From positions 496,001 through 558,000 of the forward strand of contig NW_026974140.1 of the NCBI RefSeq assembly GCF_037042905.1: DNA of 62,000 nt, written 5' to 3'. This document shows, in pieces, positions 1 through 11,900 of this stretch. Within the stretch, counting starts at the first letter, position 1, and each line of letters starts with the position of its first letter. The translations under genes and the position numbers were made by a program. Source of the stretch: Lytechinus pictus. Taxonomy: Eukaryota. The notes beneath the pieces were generated by a model. It was not told where the DNA came from and did no database searches. It saw only the letters and a list, made by a program, of their open reading frames with translations.

Positions 1-1
1 T

Positions 2-1475
2 CATGGGAGTACCACGAATAGGCACTTGGAAACGAACAAGACTATCGCGAAGATCTGCACGCGATATTATTGGCCCTGCATGGATCCTGACATTCGGTCT
101 ATAGTGCGTATGTGTGATGTTTGTGCAAGCAAAAAACGACCTACCAAGACTAGACGAGCCCCGCTTCAACAAAAAAACAGTAGGCAATCCGATGGAAAGG
201 GTCGCTTAGGATGTAGTTGGGCCCTTACCTGAAACAGAGAACGGCAACAAGTATTTGCTAGTAGTCGGAGACTACTTTAGCAAATGGATGGAGGCATACC
301 CCATAAGAGATCAGACGGCAAAAACCATAGCGAATAAATTTGTAAATGAATTCGTTTGCAGATTCGGAGTACCAAAGGTTTTGCACTCGGATCAGGGTCG
401 TAGTTTTGAGTCCCAATTTTTCTCAGGAATGTGTTCAATTCTGGGAATTGAAAAAACACAAACGACACCGTACAATCCGATTTCGGATGGATTCGTCGAA
501 CGATTCAATGGGACACTAATTACCATGGACTCCATGATGATAGATCCGATCAAAAGACGACGGGACTGGGACTAAAAAGGTCACACGGCATTATTTGCTT
601 ATCGTTCAGCAGTCCAAGAATCAACAGGAGAGCCCGAATATGCTAATGCTGGGACGTGAGGTTCAATTGCCCATTGATCTTACTATGGAATCTACAAGTG
701 ACACGGAAAGTGATGATGAGCAGACACCAGACTATGCGCTCGCGGTAAGGGAACGAATGAGGTCGACCCATGAGTATGCTCGACTGAAGTTAGCTCAAGC
801 AGAGAGTCATCAGAAGCAGATTTATGACAGGAAAACCAAGAAAGACAACCTACAAGTAGGACAATTTGTTTGGTATTTCAATCCCGCGAAGACTAAAGGG
901 CTAAGTCCAAATTTACAGCGAAGATGGAAAGGACCCTACCTCATAACTCATGAACTGTCTGATGATATCTACAGAATCCAAAGGAAACCACGTGGAAAAT
1001 GATAGTTATTTACTGCGATCGGCTAAAACCCTACCAATGAGAGCCCCTTAAAGCGTTGATCGCTGAGCCACAGACCGATTTGGAAGAAACTACCAGAGTA
1101 ATAGACTCCGCCCTAGAAGAAGAAATCTCTGGTCAGGACAAAATGAGCACAAGTGATGAACACTTAGTAATTGACAACCCAATTCCTTCCAAAAGAATGA
1201 TAGCAGAGCGAGGTGCCACACTTTCTTCGGACACCTCAAGTAGAGTAGTAGACACCCCAGTTCCTTCCCCAAGAATGTTGATACCCACACCTGCACCGCG
1301 AACAAATAAAGGAAGTTTCAAACCCACACCAGCTCCACGAACGCAGCAAGGAAGTTTGATCCCCTCATCTGCTCCACTTACAAACCCTAGCTGTTCGAAA
1401 CCGACACCACCTCCTCGAAAATAATATCCCTCAAGACAAAGGGTCACTCCGAAACGAGTTATTCTAGGAATGTAA
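2..1475 (+). pseudogene. Gypsy integrase (pol C-terminus), frameshifted and with stops
   Basis: HHCC zinc module (HGSTTNRH...RYYWP...CDVC), rve core (DVVGPLP, VGDYFSKW, HSDQG, TPYNPISDGFVERFN), PNMLMLGRE, GPY/F module (RWKGPYLI), Pro-rich PTPAPRT repeats and YPSRQR tail, spread over ORFs 26-232, 255-575, 595-1002 and 1056-1424. Confidence 0.93.
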
Positions 1476-1596
1476 TTGCAGTAGAGGATGCGAGTGTGTG
1501 ATGCCACAGTAATAATGAATAAAGTGTTTTGGCTGTCGGGATTAACCTGCTTTATTTGTTTCTTCATTTTATTTTTATCATACATACATAATCAAG

Positions 1597-2688
1597 ATGG
1601 GATCTGAAGGAAGCTTCAAAAGCTGCACCTGCAACCGGTTCTTCAGTCATTATCGGATCCTTAAAAGACATCTAGATGATGAACATGGACATCCCCGAAG
1701 GCACTCATGTAAGGAATGTGGGAAACCTATGGGCGACTGGACAATCTACGGGTCCATGAAAGAAAGCACCAGAGAAGTCTTAGGAGAAGAAGCCCCAGGG
1801 CAAGTCGCTCTCCCCATATGAGTCCACGATCATCGAGGTACCATCTGGTGGAAAGATTGCCCAAGCGTGTCCAAAGGCGTACAAGGGAAAGAAGTAGGTC
1901 ACCAAGGAGTCATTCAAGCATAAATCACCCAGACCGTGATCAACAAAAAAGGAACCACATCGACTACAAAAGAGGGAGGGATGCAGAAAGAAAGCTAAGC
2001 TAGGAACGTGTCCCTTGTGGGAGAGGAAGTGAAAGGGAAGATGATTTCGGCGATCATCTGGTGATTTACGTATCACCAACGACCCGTAACGATATGGAGG
2101 GAGAGTATAGGAAGCCCTTAAAAGGAAAGGCAAGAGGGGCAAGATGTGGGCTCTTCTGGCATCAGAGAGAAGACAGGCCGATAGCACATCCGAGGTTGCA
2201 GAATAATCAGAGGCAAGACCGGCCGACAGCACCTGCGAGGACGCAAAAGAATCAGTGGTTCAAGCGAAGGATGACGTCCCAGTTACCAATGATATCAGAC
2301 GGGTACGGATAGGGCAAGACATCGGGAATTTAGATGCAGAGAGAGTTCTCTAGGGGAAAACTGTGAATATTTGTGAGTACAGTTCTACGTCATGTTACGG
2401 GAAGGAAGGAAAGGTGTTCCAGGAGAGCAAAGAACGGCGTTATCAAGTGACAGTGCACCAAAACCACAACGAATCTGCAGACCAACCAAGGGAGCCACAA
2501 AGATACACAGAGTGGACAAGGCCGGGAAAGTAGGGACCTCGTTAACTAACAAAGAGTTGGAGGTCACGTGTGTAAGAAAAGTGAAGAAAATAAACCAAAC
2601 TGTTAAGAGAGAAACATTCCGGGATGGCGAACTCATACACCAGGGAGAGGTCGTCCCGGCGTATAAGGTGGACCTCGAAGCCGGATAG
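1597..2688 (+). pseudogene. Extra ORF inside the Gypsy element: two C2H2-type zinc fingers, RS/basic-rich tract and unknown C-terminal part; frameshifted
   Basis: ATG at 1597; CTCNRFFSHYRILKRHLDDEH, then CKECGK joined across a 1-bp frameshift near 1725 to TYGRLDNLRVHERKH; then RRRSPRASRSP...RSRSPRS. ORF pieces 2061-2312 and 2392-2688 follow on the same strand, but their linkage is inferred. Confidence 0.65.
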
Positions 2689-3065
2689 CTCTTGAAAGAC
2701 TGTTATTAGGAAAGTTCATGAAAATTTGAGGACATCATTTTTTAGGTTGTATTTGAAAAGGAACATTTGTTTAACTTATGCGATTTTTTTTTTCAAAGTA
2801 TTAAATCCGAGAAAAAACGGATTGTTGAAGAGAAAGAAAAAAAATACAGAAACATTTATGGTGAAATTGAAAGTGCTTAAAAAAGCAGACATTCTGGTTT
2901 GACCTAAAAAAAAGGGTGTTTTTTACTGTTCAGACATTAAAGTCATAAGGGTCATGTGTTATCCCCCATCATTCAGTTTTTAAATAATAAGACAGGCAAA
3001 AGGAATACAAATAAAAAAAGCCTTGCATGTCAGTCAGGAGACTGACCAATCTTGGGTGGGTGTTG

Positions 3066-3469
3066 TGTAACGAACTCAGTCATTTTTATGTGAACGTACG
3101 TGCGCATCGAGGGAGACGGGTGCAGCGCGCGGCACGTATGTCCGTCGGCCCATTGTTAAGGGGGCAGTTGCAGTTTGTGAGGCCTGGTGTGAGGACATAT
3201 GTGCCGTGCGCTCCCGAATATCTTCAGGTGCCCGTTCGTGTGACACACTGTCTTGCATTATTTTTTGGAGGGTAAGTTACCCAGCATTTAAGTGTTGTAA
3301 CCGAAATATTGGCGTGCAGTGTAATCTATACTAGTTGCGCATATATTTTGAGAGATCTGGTGTTTAATAGCAGAATGACCACGTGAGCATGGTGAGTGAA
3401 TGACACAACTGATCTAAGTCCCATCAAGTGAGTGGATCGAGAGAGAAAGGAGAGAGCGAACCCATCACA
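3066..3469 (+). repeat. Putative 3' LTR
   Basis: Begins TGTAAC right after PPT-like GGGTGGGTGTTG and the hairpin GTCAGTC-agga-GACTGAC (3029-3046); ends ATCACA. The partner LTR is not in the window, so the 3' end is tentative. Confidence 0.6.
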
Positions 3470-3775
3470 ATATTTATTCATCCGCTTTGTTGTTCATGGC
3501 TATTAATTGGAAAGCTACAACAGCCGGGATAAAAGGTTATGATATAATTTTTATCATAAGACAAATCTGGTAGTCCATAAATAGAGTCCAAATGAAAGGG
3601 GAAAAATGAAAACAGGGGCACTGCTAAATTTTGTACACAGTACTATGATCACATTTTGGGAAAACACAGGGTTACTATGGATGAAAATCAATGATATATG
3701 CAATAAAAATGGCAGTCCTTATTGAATAGGGACAGTTAGCAAGTATGGCACTTCATGCATCTCCAATACACATAT

Positions 3776-4544
3776 GAAGAGTTTAGTTGCAAAAGGGCTT
3801 AGGTCCACTATGGACCATTCTGAGAAAAAACATGTTTTTTTTTCTCTCTTACTACAATATTCTTAAAAACTAAATTGTCATGATGTACTACCCTATCATG
3901 TGAACATAAAATTGGGTATAAAATAAATCTACCTGTCTTCAATTTTTTATATAAATTCTTTTGAAAATTATCATTGTGGACCTAAGCCCTTTTGCAAGTA
4001 AACTGAAATGAATCCAATCTATTTTGATTAAAAAAGTGATTTTTCTTTGCCACTTTTTTCATGTAAATTTTAATTTTTCTTTGTTTTCATCAAAGCGACA
4101 AAAAATTTAGAGGTTTTTAGACAGAAAACAATTAAATTTATGAAAAATGGACCTAACCCCTTTTGACAATTAGTTCTTCAGAAGAGTTTGTTTGCAAAAG
4201 GGGTTAGGTCCACTCCAAGAAAATCATTTTTTTTTTCTCCTATATTGCACATTCTTATGCGAAACTAAATTTTCAAGATTCCCTACTATGACAACATAAA
4301 ATCGGGTATAAAAGAAATCTTTATTTATATATTTTTTAATATTATTTTCCAAAAAATTCGGTGTGGACCTAATCCCTTTTGAAAAAAAAAGTGAATTTTC
4401 TTTGCCACTTTTGATCACTTTTAAATAGGAATTTCAACTTTTCTTTGGTATCATCTGATATAGCTACTAAAAATCCATACATTGAGACCAAAAAATCAAA
4501 TTTGATGAAAAATTGACCTAACCCCTTTTGCAAGTGAGCTCTTC
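3776..4544. mobile_element. Head-to-tail dimer of a non-autonomous TIR element (Sola1-like, 4-bp ATAT TSD)
   Basis: Units 3776-4179 and 4181-4544, each starting GAAGAGTTT(A/G)nTTGCAAAAGGGnTTAGGTCCAC and ending in its reverse complement, with an extra internal inverted copy. ATAT at 3772-3775 and 4545-4548. A third partial inverted copy starts at ~17166. Confidence 0.7.
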
Positions 4545-4930
4545 ATATAGAGACACATTTGTTTATCTGCATATCATTGAAATTATTCTGTTACATAATA
4601 TGTAGTAATTCTACCTCCCTTTTATGCAAGAAATTAAAGTTTACTGACTTCTTTCAAGCTCCCTGTACTATTTCTTTATACATGCAGCCCATATTCAGAA
4701 AAAAATAAATATTGACCCCCCCCCCCCCTAGCACTGTTCCCTAGTGTTTTGCAATGACTTTGCATGCACCCACAAATGAGCATTATGCCAAATTTACATA
4801 ATTAAAATTTTACAACATACAACTGCTGGTGTATCTTGAAACCTTGGGTACCGTTCAAGGATTTGTGTGACACTGGGCATTGTCTCAGAAACCCAATTTC
4901 TCCTATTCTGAAAAGTCCTCCTCATCCCCT

Positions 4931-5177
4931 TCAAGATCTCAGCCCGCTATCTAATGAAGCACACTTGAAAAAGTGAATCAGTTCTTCCTCTTCCGTTGCC
5001 AATTCCAACTGTTGATATGTGCGTTCCAGGTCCTCCTTCTTGGGAGCTTTTACCACACCAGCATTCTTTCCTGATTGTGGGCGATGCTGAAGTTCACGTG
5101 GAAGATTTCTCCTCATGGCATTGGGCTTTGTGCTCAGATACCCACGCGAGAATCAGTTTCATCATACCAAATATCCT
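4931..5177 (-). pseudogene. Possible degraded exon of a transposon accessory-type gene
   Basis: Follows a polypyrimidine/AG acceptor on minus; reads DIWYDETDSR / GYLSTKPNAMRRNLPRELQ...EEEELIHFFK with one frameshift. Family not established. Confidence 0.25.
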
Positions 5178-7086
5178 CAAAGAAAAAAAGAAAACAGAGC
5201 ACATGACAGGACACAACATATTTTCATATTTTGCTAGCAAACAATCAATCATAAAACTTATTAAAACAAAATTACAGTAACAGTTTGTAGCTACTGCAAT
5301 CATGCAATTTGATTGATTGATAACATTTTTCAAGAAATTGTGCAATTGTTATTGAACTACAAACGTGATCCAGATCATGTAAGCATACTTCCCTATTTGC
5401 TAGAGTACACAATTCTAAAGATAAAGGGACTTTCAATTCATCAATAGTAAATTTGCAATTGAACACGAATACAACTTACACACTGAGAGTTAGATAAGGC
5501 AATAAATGAGGAGAGAAGGAAAATGTAATGAAAAAAAAATAAAGTATGAATGTATAAATATTCAACCACCCATCTTCCTCAACAAGAGACATCAGGATCG
5601 TACGTTGTAACCACCCATTCTCGTGAGCACCAATATCGTGAATAGAAAATGAAGCCAAAATAAATAAGATGAGCACAAAAAAGGGGGAGGAGAGAAAAGG
5701 TGGGATAAGAATAAAAGTTTTATCCCTCCTTTTTTAAATTTTCCTCCTCTTTCTTTACCTTTTCTACTTATTTTAATTTTATTTTCCCCTTTAAATTTTT
5801 GCTTTATATTTTTACACTTTTTCCTTTGTCTTTCCCACCCCCTTTCCTTTGTTCTCTCTCTCCCTCCCCCTTACATTTCCCCCCTGTGATTTGATGGATT
5901 TTCCCGCTGACATCCTTCAGGGGGCATTGTGCACTCTGAACCCCCCCCCCCCCCCTGCCTCTTACGCCACTGCGTATCTTCAGTCCATATCGAAACTACA
6001 GCAAAGATGAAGTCTAAGTAATGGTAAAAATTTGATCAAGGAAGGACTTCTAGATCGAACTTCAAAGCCGAAATTCAGGTTGTAGATCGATTAGATATTT
6101 GGGAATAAATGTGGACAAAATAATAGCTAAACTTAAAGGAAAATTAGTTTGCTAACATTGCCAAATGGCCGGCGCCAAACAAGGCCGCCAAAGAGCACTT
6201 ACCTGCCCACGCGGAAATTAAAAGCGGATCCAAATTTTCGGGTCACAAAATGGCTGCACGACGCTATTCCCCATCAAGGTTTGATAGCTTAGTACACCCA
6301 AAACGCTGAATGGCGTTTATACGTCTGTCTGAAGATAGTCAGGTAGTACGACTAGGCCAGGTTCAGCTTTAACCGCGCTCTAGCACAAACTTTACCAGAC
6401 AACAGACACTCACACTGATGAAATACTATTAATATTGTCTACTCTAAGGATTATTTACAATAACTAGATCAATCGCATAATACTTTATTTTGAAAATATA
6501 TACTTGCAAAGAGGTATTAAAATTGAGAGATCCAAATCGACCAGCCTACTCTTTACTTTGGAAATCGCGTACCTAATCCATGTTAGATATAAATGTACAC
6601 GTACATACACATTTAAATACTAAAATACATAAAGCACAGACGAGGCCTGTCGTGCACATGGATAAAACACCAATAAAGTTATATTTGTTACTTCTTTTAC
6701 CCACATATATTACCAATTCCTAACCAGGATGCTCTATAACTATCAGTGCAATAGATTTATTAAGGATGGAGTAAGCCTTATCTCTTTGGAAAGATGACAT
6801 AATATTTTGAGGAGGCTTCGATCAGCTACGCTAGCTTAGCCGCAGCTGCCCGGGTTCACGCTATCGATGCTAGTGACGTAGACGACTAAACAGACCAATC
6901 AAATTGTTCATTTCACCAACCACTTTTTAGATTAGTTAATCCAGCAAGATTACGATCGTGTCAAATCAGCACTTTTATCGTGAAAAATATATATTAACCA
7001 TTTTTCTACCATTAATACGGGTAAACTAACCTAAGATTTGCAATAAAATTTATTTGCTTTTTCCTCTTTTTGTGTGTTTAATCCAG

Positions 7087-7249
7087 CCGTACCATGTCAT
7101 ACCTAAGCTTCAAGTAGGCCTCTACTGCGTGTATGCTCTTGATTGGATAAAAGCTTTCTCACGTGATGGTGTGCTCATCATACGCCTGGAAGATTGGGAA
7201 GCAGATTCCCTTTCTGTTTATAGACGGATAATTCAATTTCTTGAATTGA
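7087..7249 (+). CDS. CHST15: Penultimate coding exon of a carbohydrate sulfotransferase 15 (GalNAc4S-6ST)-like gene
   Basis: Polypyrimidine + CAG acceptor (AG at 7085-7086), GTAAGT donor at 7250 (phase 1). PYHVIPKLQVGLYCVYALDWIKAFSRDGVLIIRLEDW...IIQFLEL resembles the CHST15 LQVGLY..YL.DW..VF.....LILRLED...FL.L block. The symbol means family-like; orthology is not shown. Confidence 0.85.
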
Positions 7250-8068
7250 GTAAGTAAAACCTATACACAGCAAAAAGTAAGTTCCTCCATAAATAAACTT
7301 TCATAGTTTCCGGACTACTGCGAGTTTTAATAATATTTCACATGAGCGTGTAGATGATTCTACACGGACTGTATCTTATGTCATGCTTCAGTGAGCACCA
7401 CCAGAATGAAAAGAATTGTCACGTTTTAAACGTCACAAGCCATATCATGACTTTATTTAGACTTTATTGAAAGGAATTCCACATTCGCATCATGAAAAAT
7501 AGTAAGGAGGCTTGTTAACTGTACTTTCTAAAATATGATACAGCTTTTTTTTACTAAATTTTACGGTTGAATAAAAACAATTAAAAAAATTGATATAATT
7601 TGATTTTTCACACATTTTTATTAAGAAAAATGATTGAATATGATGACAGTTATTTTGGGAAGAGTATCTTTAACAATATTCATTAATTCACGGTTCAATG
7701 AACAATTAATGAAAGCAAAATATACGATTTTCAAATATCATAAGCACACTATTTATACTCCATAAATGTATTCGTTTCCTAACAATTTATCAGGATTAGT
7801 TGAATTTATAGACAAATTAGTGGAGAATCCAAAATTTTCGAAATGGGGAGGGGTCGAGAAATTGGAAGAGGGGAGCCACTTACATTTTCCGATTCAAACA
7901 TGGTTTGATCAGTTATAGTGCATACTACCATAAACATTTAATATGATACGTCACCAAAAATTATGCTCAATCAACCATCGACATCCATTGGCAAAATTTT
8001 GTAGAGTCGTGTAGTATACATGATCATGTGATTAATAAAATGAATAGATTTTAGAAGACTGAGTTATA

Positions 8069-8886
8069 CAGTGCGTCCCACAAAAAACGAAACCGACATT
8101 AAGCGATGATTTATCATAACTTAATCATAAATACAATAGACAAATAACCTATCAGTGTAAAGCTTAGAATCTCCTCCCTCATCTAAAATCAATTAGTTTA
8201 TTTTTCATTCACGCATGAGTGAGCAAAACAATTTGAAGAAAGGATACCAAAAACTCATTTGGCGGGGGGTATCTGAATTTCAAAAAGAAAATCACATGCC
8301 TAAAAAGTTTAATATCTGCTCTTTTGTTTATACCTTAATCACAAAAAAATGGTCGAAAGGTAACAAAAGTTATGTTCCCTCGAAACAATGCTTGTATTTC
8401 CATAATTTCATTAAATAAACGTGTTTTCACCGGTTTCCTAAGAAGATATCGCACGGTTAACAAAAGACTTAAATGCATGGCTGATCGTCAACAAAACGGA
8501 ATGTCGAGTGAGTTTGAACGCTAGCCTGAAAAACCTCTTCATTTTATGAAATTATTGAAATCAAGCCTTATTTCAGATAACCAGAACTTTGTTTTTTCTT
8601 GACCATTTTCTGTAATTGAGGTATCAAATTAAAGAGCAGATATTGAACTTTTTAAAAATGTGGTTTTCTTTTTGAAACCCAGATACGGCCCGCCAATGAC
8701 TTTTTGGTATCCCCTCTTCAAATTGTTTTTGCTCACTCATGCGTAAATGAAACATATAATAATAAATTTCAGATAAAAAAGGAGATTCTAAGCTTTACAA
8801 TGGTAGGTCATTTGTCTATTGTATTTGTGATTAAGTTATGATAAATCGTCGATAAATCTCGGTTTCGTTTTTTGTGGGACGCACTG
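8069..8886. mobile_element. Non-autonomous Tc1/mariner-type MITE with ~250-bp TIRs
   Basis: TA|CAGTGCGTCCCACAAAAAACGAAACCGA ... TCGGTTTCGTTTTTTGTGGGACGCACTG|TA; the inverted match continues to ~8320/8640. Confidence 0.92.
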
Positions 8887-9183
8887 TAGATTCCACGAAA
8901 TATTCTAGCATTATGGTTATATACTCGTGACTTCATATTTGCTCTACGGGAATCAGAATAAAACAAGCTTATGTATGATTTTTGTTTTCGTCTTGACCCT
9001 AAATGATGACTCAATTCAATATTCGAACGATTCGAATTGAATTCTCACGACTTTGATTCCAGGAAACTTCTCTGAATTGTATAATACTCAAGTATGTCAA
9101 TTGACAACATTAAATTCAACTGGTTGTATTTTTTATGGTTTATTTCATTCTAGTTCATATATATGTACATAAACCCCTAAAAA

Positions 9184-10058
9184 AAGTTTGGAAATCTGAG
9201 TTTGGCCATAATTTCTCCCAACTTCCAGTTCAACACAATGCATATTTGACATCATTCAAGAGATCATTTAATTTTCTTTAAAATGAACCTTTCTTGTTAT
9301 GATCATGCCATCACGAAAATAGCAGGGTTTAAAAGTGTTGGATGAGGACTGGATTGAAAAGCTGCAAAAACGAGCCAAAAAAAAAAAAGATTGGAAATCT
9401 GAAATTGGCCAATAATTTCTCTAAACTCCAAAATTTACACAATGCATATTTTATATTATTGAAAAGATCATTTAATTCTGTTTAAAATTAAACCATGCTT
9501 GTTATGATCATTCCATCACGCAAAGAGCAGGATTCAAAAGTGTTGGATGGGGTCTGAATTGAAAAGCTGCAAAACTAGCAGAAATAGTCATGAAGGTCTA
9601 TACAGAACGCGATTATATTGTCTGTGTCAATATAATTGAAAATCCATTTAAATCAAGCCCCTGCTTCTTCATTTTTAATGTTTTGTTGTGGTTTATGTGG
9701 TGATGGTTCGGTGAGATAACATTGTTTGAAATACCCATGCATGTTTGTTTGTTATGTGTTTGCTTGTGCAGATGTGTGTTTGATTCCATGTTAATGTTGA
9801 TGTTAAGGTGCATGAGAACAATTAAAAGAAAACGATGAAAAACTCACTCATCACCACGGGAAAAAAGAACAGTGACTTTCAATATTGTGCCATTTTGCAA
9901 CTTTTGAATTTTGACCTTGCCCCACATGTCAAGTCACTGCGCCTCCAGGTGAACCATATTCGGATCATGTAGGGTATCATTATAACAATAAATGATCTAT
10001 TCATTGATATCAATTACACATTGATATTGGGATTATCGATCAAAGTCAGATTTCCAAA

Positions 10059-10061
<3 letters not shown>
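9184..10061. repeat. ~200-bp unit present as two direct copies (9188, 9391) and one diverged inverted copy (~9890-10061); probable TIR-element remnant
   Basis: TTGGAAATCTGA...AGATCATTTA...AAAAG(C/T)TGCAAAA shared by all three copies; followed by (TA)n at 10062-10089. Confidence 0.65.
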
Positions 10062-10089
<28 letters not shown>

Positions 10090-10092
<3 letters not shown>

Positions 10093-10512
10093 GACGGCCT
10101 CGAACCCAACTTCCAGCTGACACGGTTTTCTTGTCAGGATGCCACCGTGTCTGACCATCCGTTGCGTTCGTTTGGTCAAAGTATATGACCGTTGCTGATG
10201 GTCTGTGGAAAAGACTGGCTAACAACCATTACCAACCGTCGACTCTTGTTTCTCCAGTCAGACTATCCGTCAATCGATCACCTCTCTCGTCTCATTTCAG
10301 TCAATCGGACATCCGCCAACCATTCATTCACCAGCATTCGTTCCATACACCAATCATTTGTTCCTTTAGCACTCAAAAGAAACGTAGCCCAGAGTGTAGG
10401 TTCAAACTCTGAATCTTTACCTTTACTATCTCAAAGATAAATCAGTGTACAGACCAGAATGAGATACAAGAGATGAAGGGCAGCATTTGCACTAAGATAA
10501 AGGGCCGTAACA
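10090..10512. mobile_element. LTR (solo, or 3' LTR of a minus-strand element)
   Basis: TGTGACGGCC ... GGCCGTAACA terminal inverted match (9/10), 423 bp. No TSD is visible because the left flank is (TA)n. Confidence 0.65.
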
Positions 10513-11298
10513 CAGAAAATTCTCTATTTCAGTTGACTCCTCGTATTTATGCATTTTTTTACATTTCGATGAAACGGTTACTCAAAATGATTACAATAAC
10601 AACATTAACCTAATTAACTTTGCTATTCAACAAGTTTTCTCAAATAAAACAACTGAATAATGCTTAGGCAACTTTGCTAACAATTAATTAATCAAAAAGT
10701 TTCATGACAACTCCAACATGTTCATAAAATGTGCGATTTTGGCTAATTTGTGTTAATTCACAGAACGTCTAGTCTACGTTTACAGACCATAGTAGCTCTC
10801 TATGTCATTAAAACGGAAACATAGTTCGTTAGGCGTGTTGTCAAAAGTGTGCGTGCGTCTTTACCTTTATAATCTACGGCGAACCCGCTGAGCGTGCCAT
10901 TGTCCATTTTTCTTTCCTACGGGTCAGTGCTCTTGCCATTCAAGACGCCAGCGTGCCCTTTTGCAGCGAAAACGGACGCGGCTCTTTTATCTTTTACAGT
11001 GACACCTCGATGAATCCTCTCAAGCAACTATCCGATTTGTTGTTTTTGCATGAGCGCCCTCTATGTTGACAATGCGAGGATCCATGCAAAGGCCGATAAT
11101 AGTTCAGTGGCGTGTACGTTTAATTGTTATATTTTCCAAAAGCTACGCTTCTACAAATGTTTATACTTCCTGCTTTCAGGCTTCAGTAGTAACAAGTTCA
11201 ACTAGATTTAGATTGTTTTGATAGATTAATTGAGCTTAATAGCATGAACATGTTGTTTTAGTTTCAAGAATAGACCGTGTTGACCGTCTAAAACTTAA

Positions 11299-11900
11299 CC
11301 CTAAAAGGACTGGGGGAGCATGATGCCCCCCTTCGACACTTCGCACGATATTTCTGAAACGCAAACAGATAGCCCCGCAAAATTTTATGACCTTTTTTTG
11401 AAGTCTCGCGCAACTTTTGAGACCGAATTTGTGACATACGGGTATAAGCATCGCGACGTCACTTGACTTTTTACGAGACAATGTCATGCCGAAAATGGCT
11501 CATTTTCATAATTTGTGTACAAAGTCTATGGGAGATGAAATATAATTATAAAAGCTAGGGTGAATATTTGTCGTTCTAATTGGTCTGCTTGATTAATTTA
11601 GGGTTTAATATAAATAAGGTTACAAATATGAGATCAGAAAAAAAGAAGAAACTTTGAAGTGAAATTGGGTGTAAAATATGCAAATAATGCTTTTCATGAA
11701 TAAATTTGCATATCTTATTCATAATAAATAAAAAATAATTATTTTCAGAATTTTTTAATACTATCTTGTAGTTTATATGGCAAGGAATGTGCGTACCAAA
11801 TTTCGGCGCGATCGTGTGAACAGCGGCCGATATGAGAAGGGGGGGGGGGCATCATCCCCCCAGTCCTCAATACATCTCAAATAGCCCAGTCCTTTAAGGG
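11299..11900. mobile_element. piggyBac-type MITE
   Basis: TTAA|CCCTAAAAGGACTGGG ... CCCAGTCCTTTAAGGG|TTAA (15/16 TIR match, TTAA TSD). Confidence 0.9.

Larger units (their letters stand above)
1..3469 (+). mobile_element. 3' half of a decayed Gypsy/Ty3 LTR retrotransposon (integrase, extra ORF, PPT, 3' LTR); 5' part lies outside the window
   Basis: Integrase motifs at 1-1040, stem-loop + G-rich PPT at 3029-3065, TG...CA LTR-like segment at 3066-3469. Confidence 0.85.

Noticed and set aside
7266..11001. CACAG.../...CAGTG EnSpm-like termini as one element
   Set aside because: The ends match only loosely and there is no TSD.
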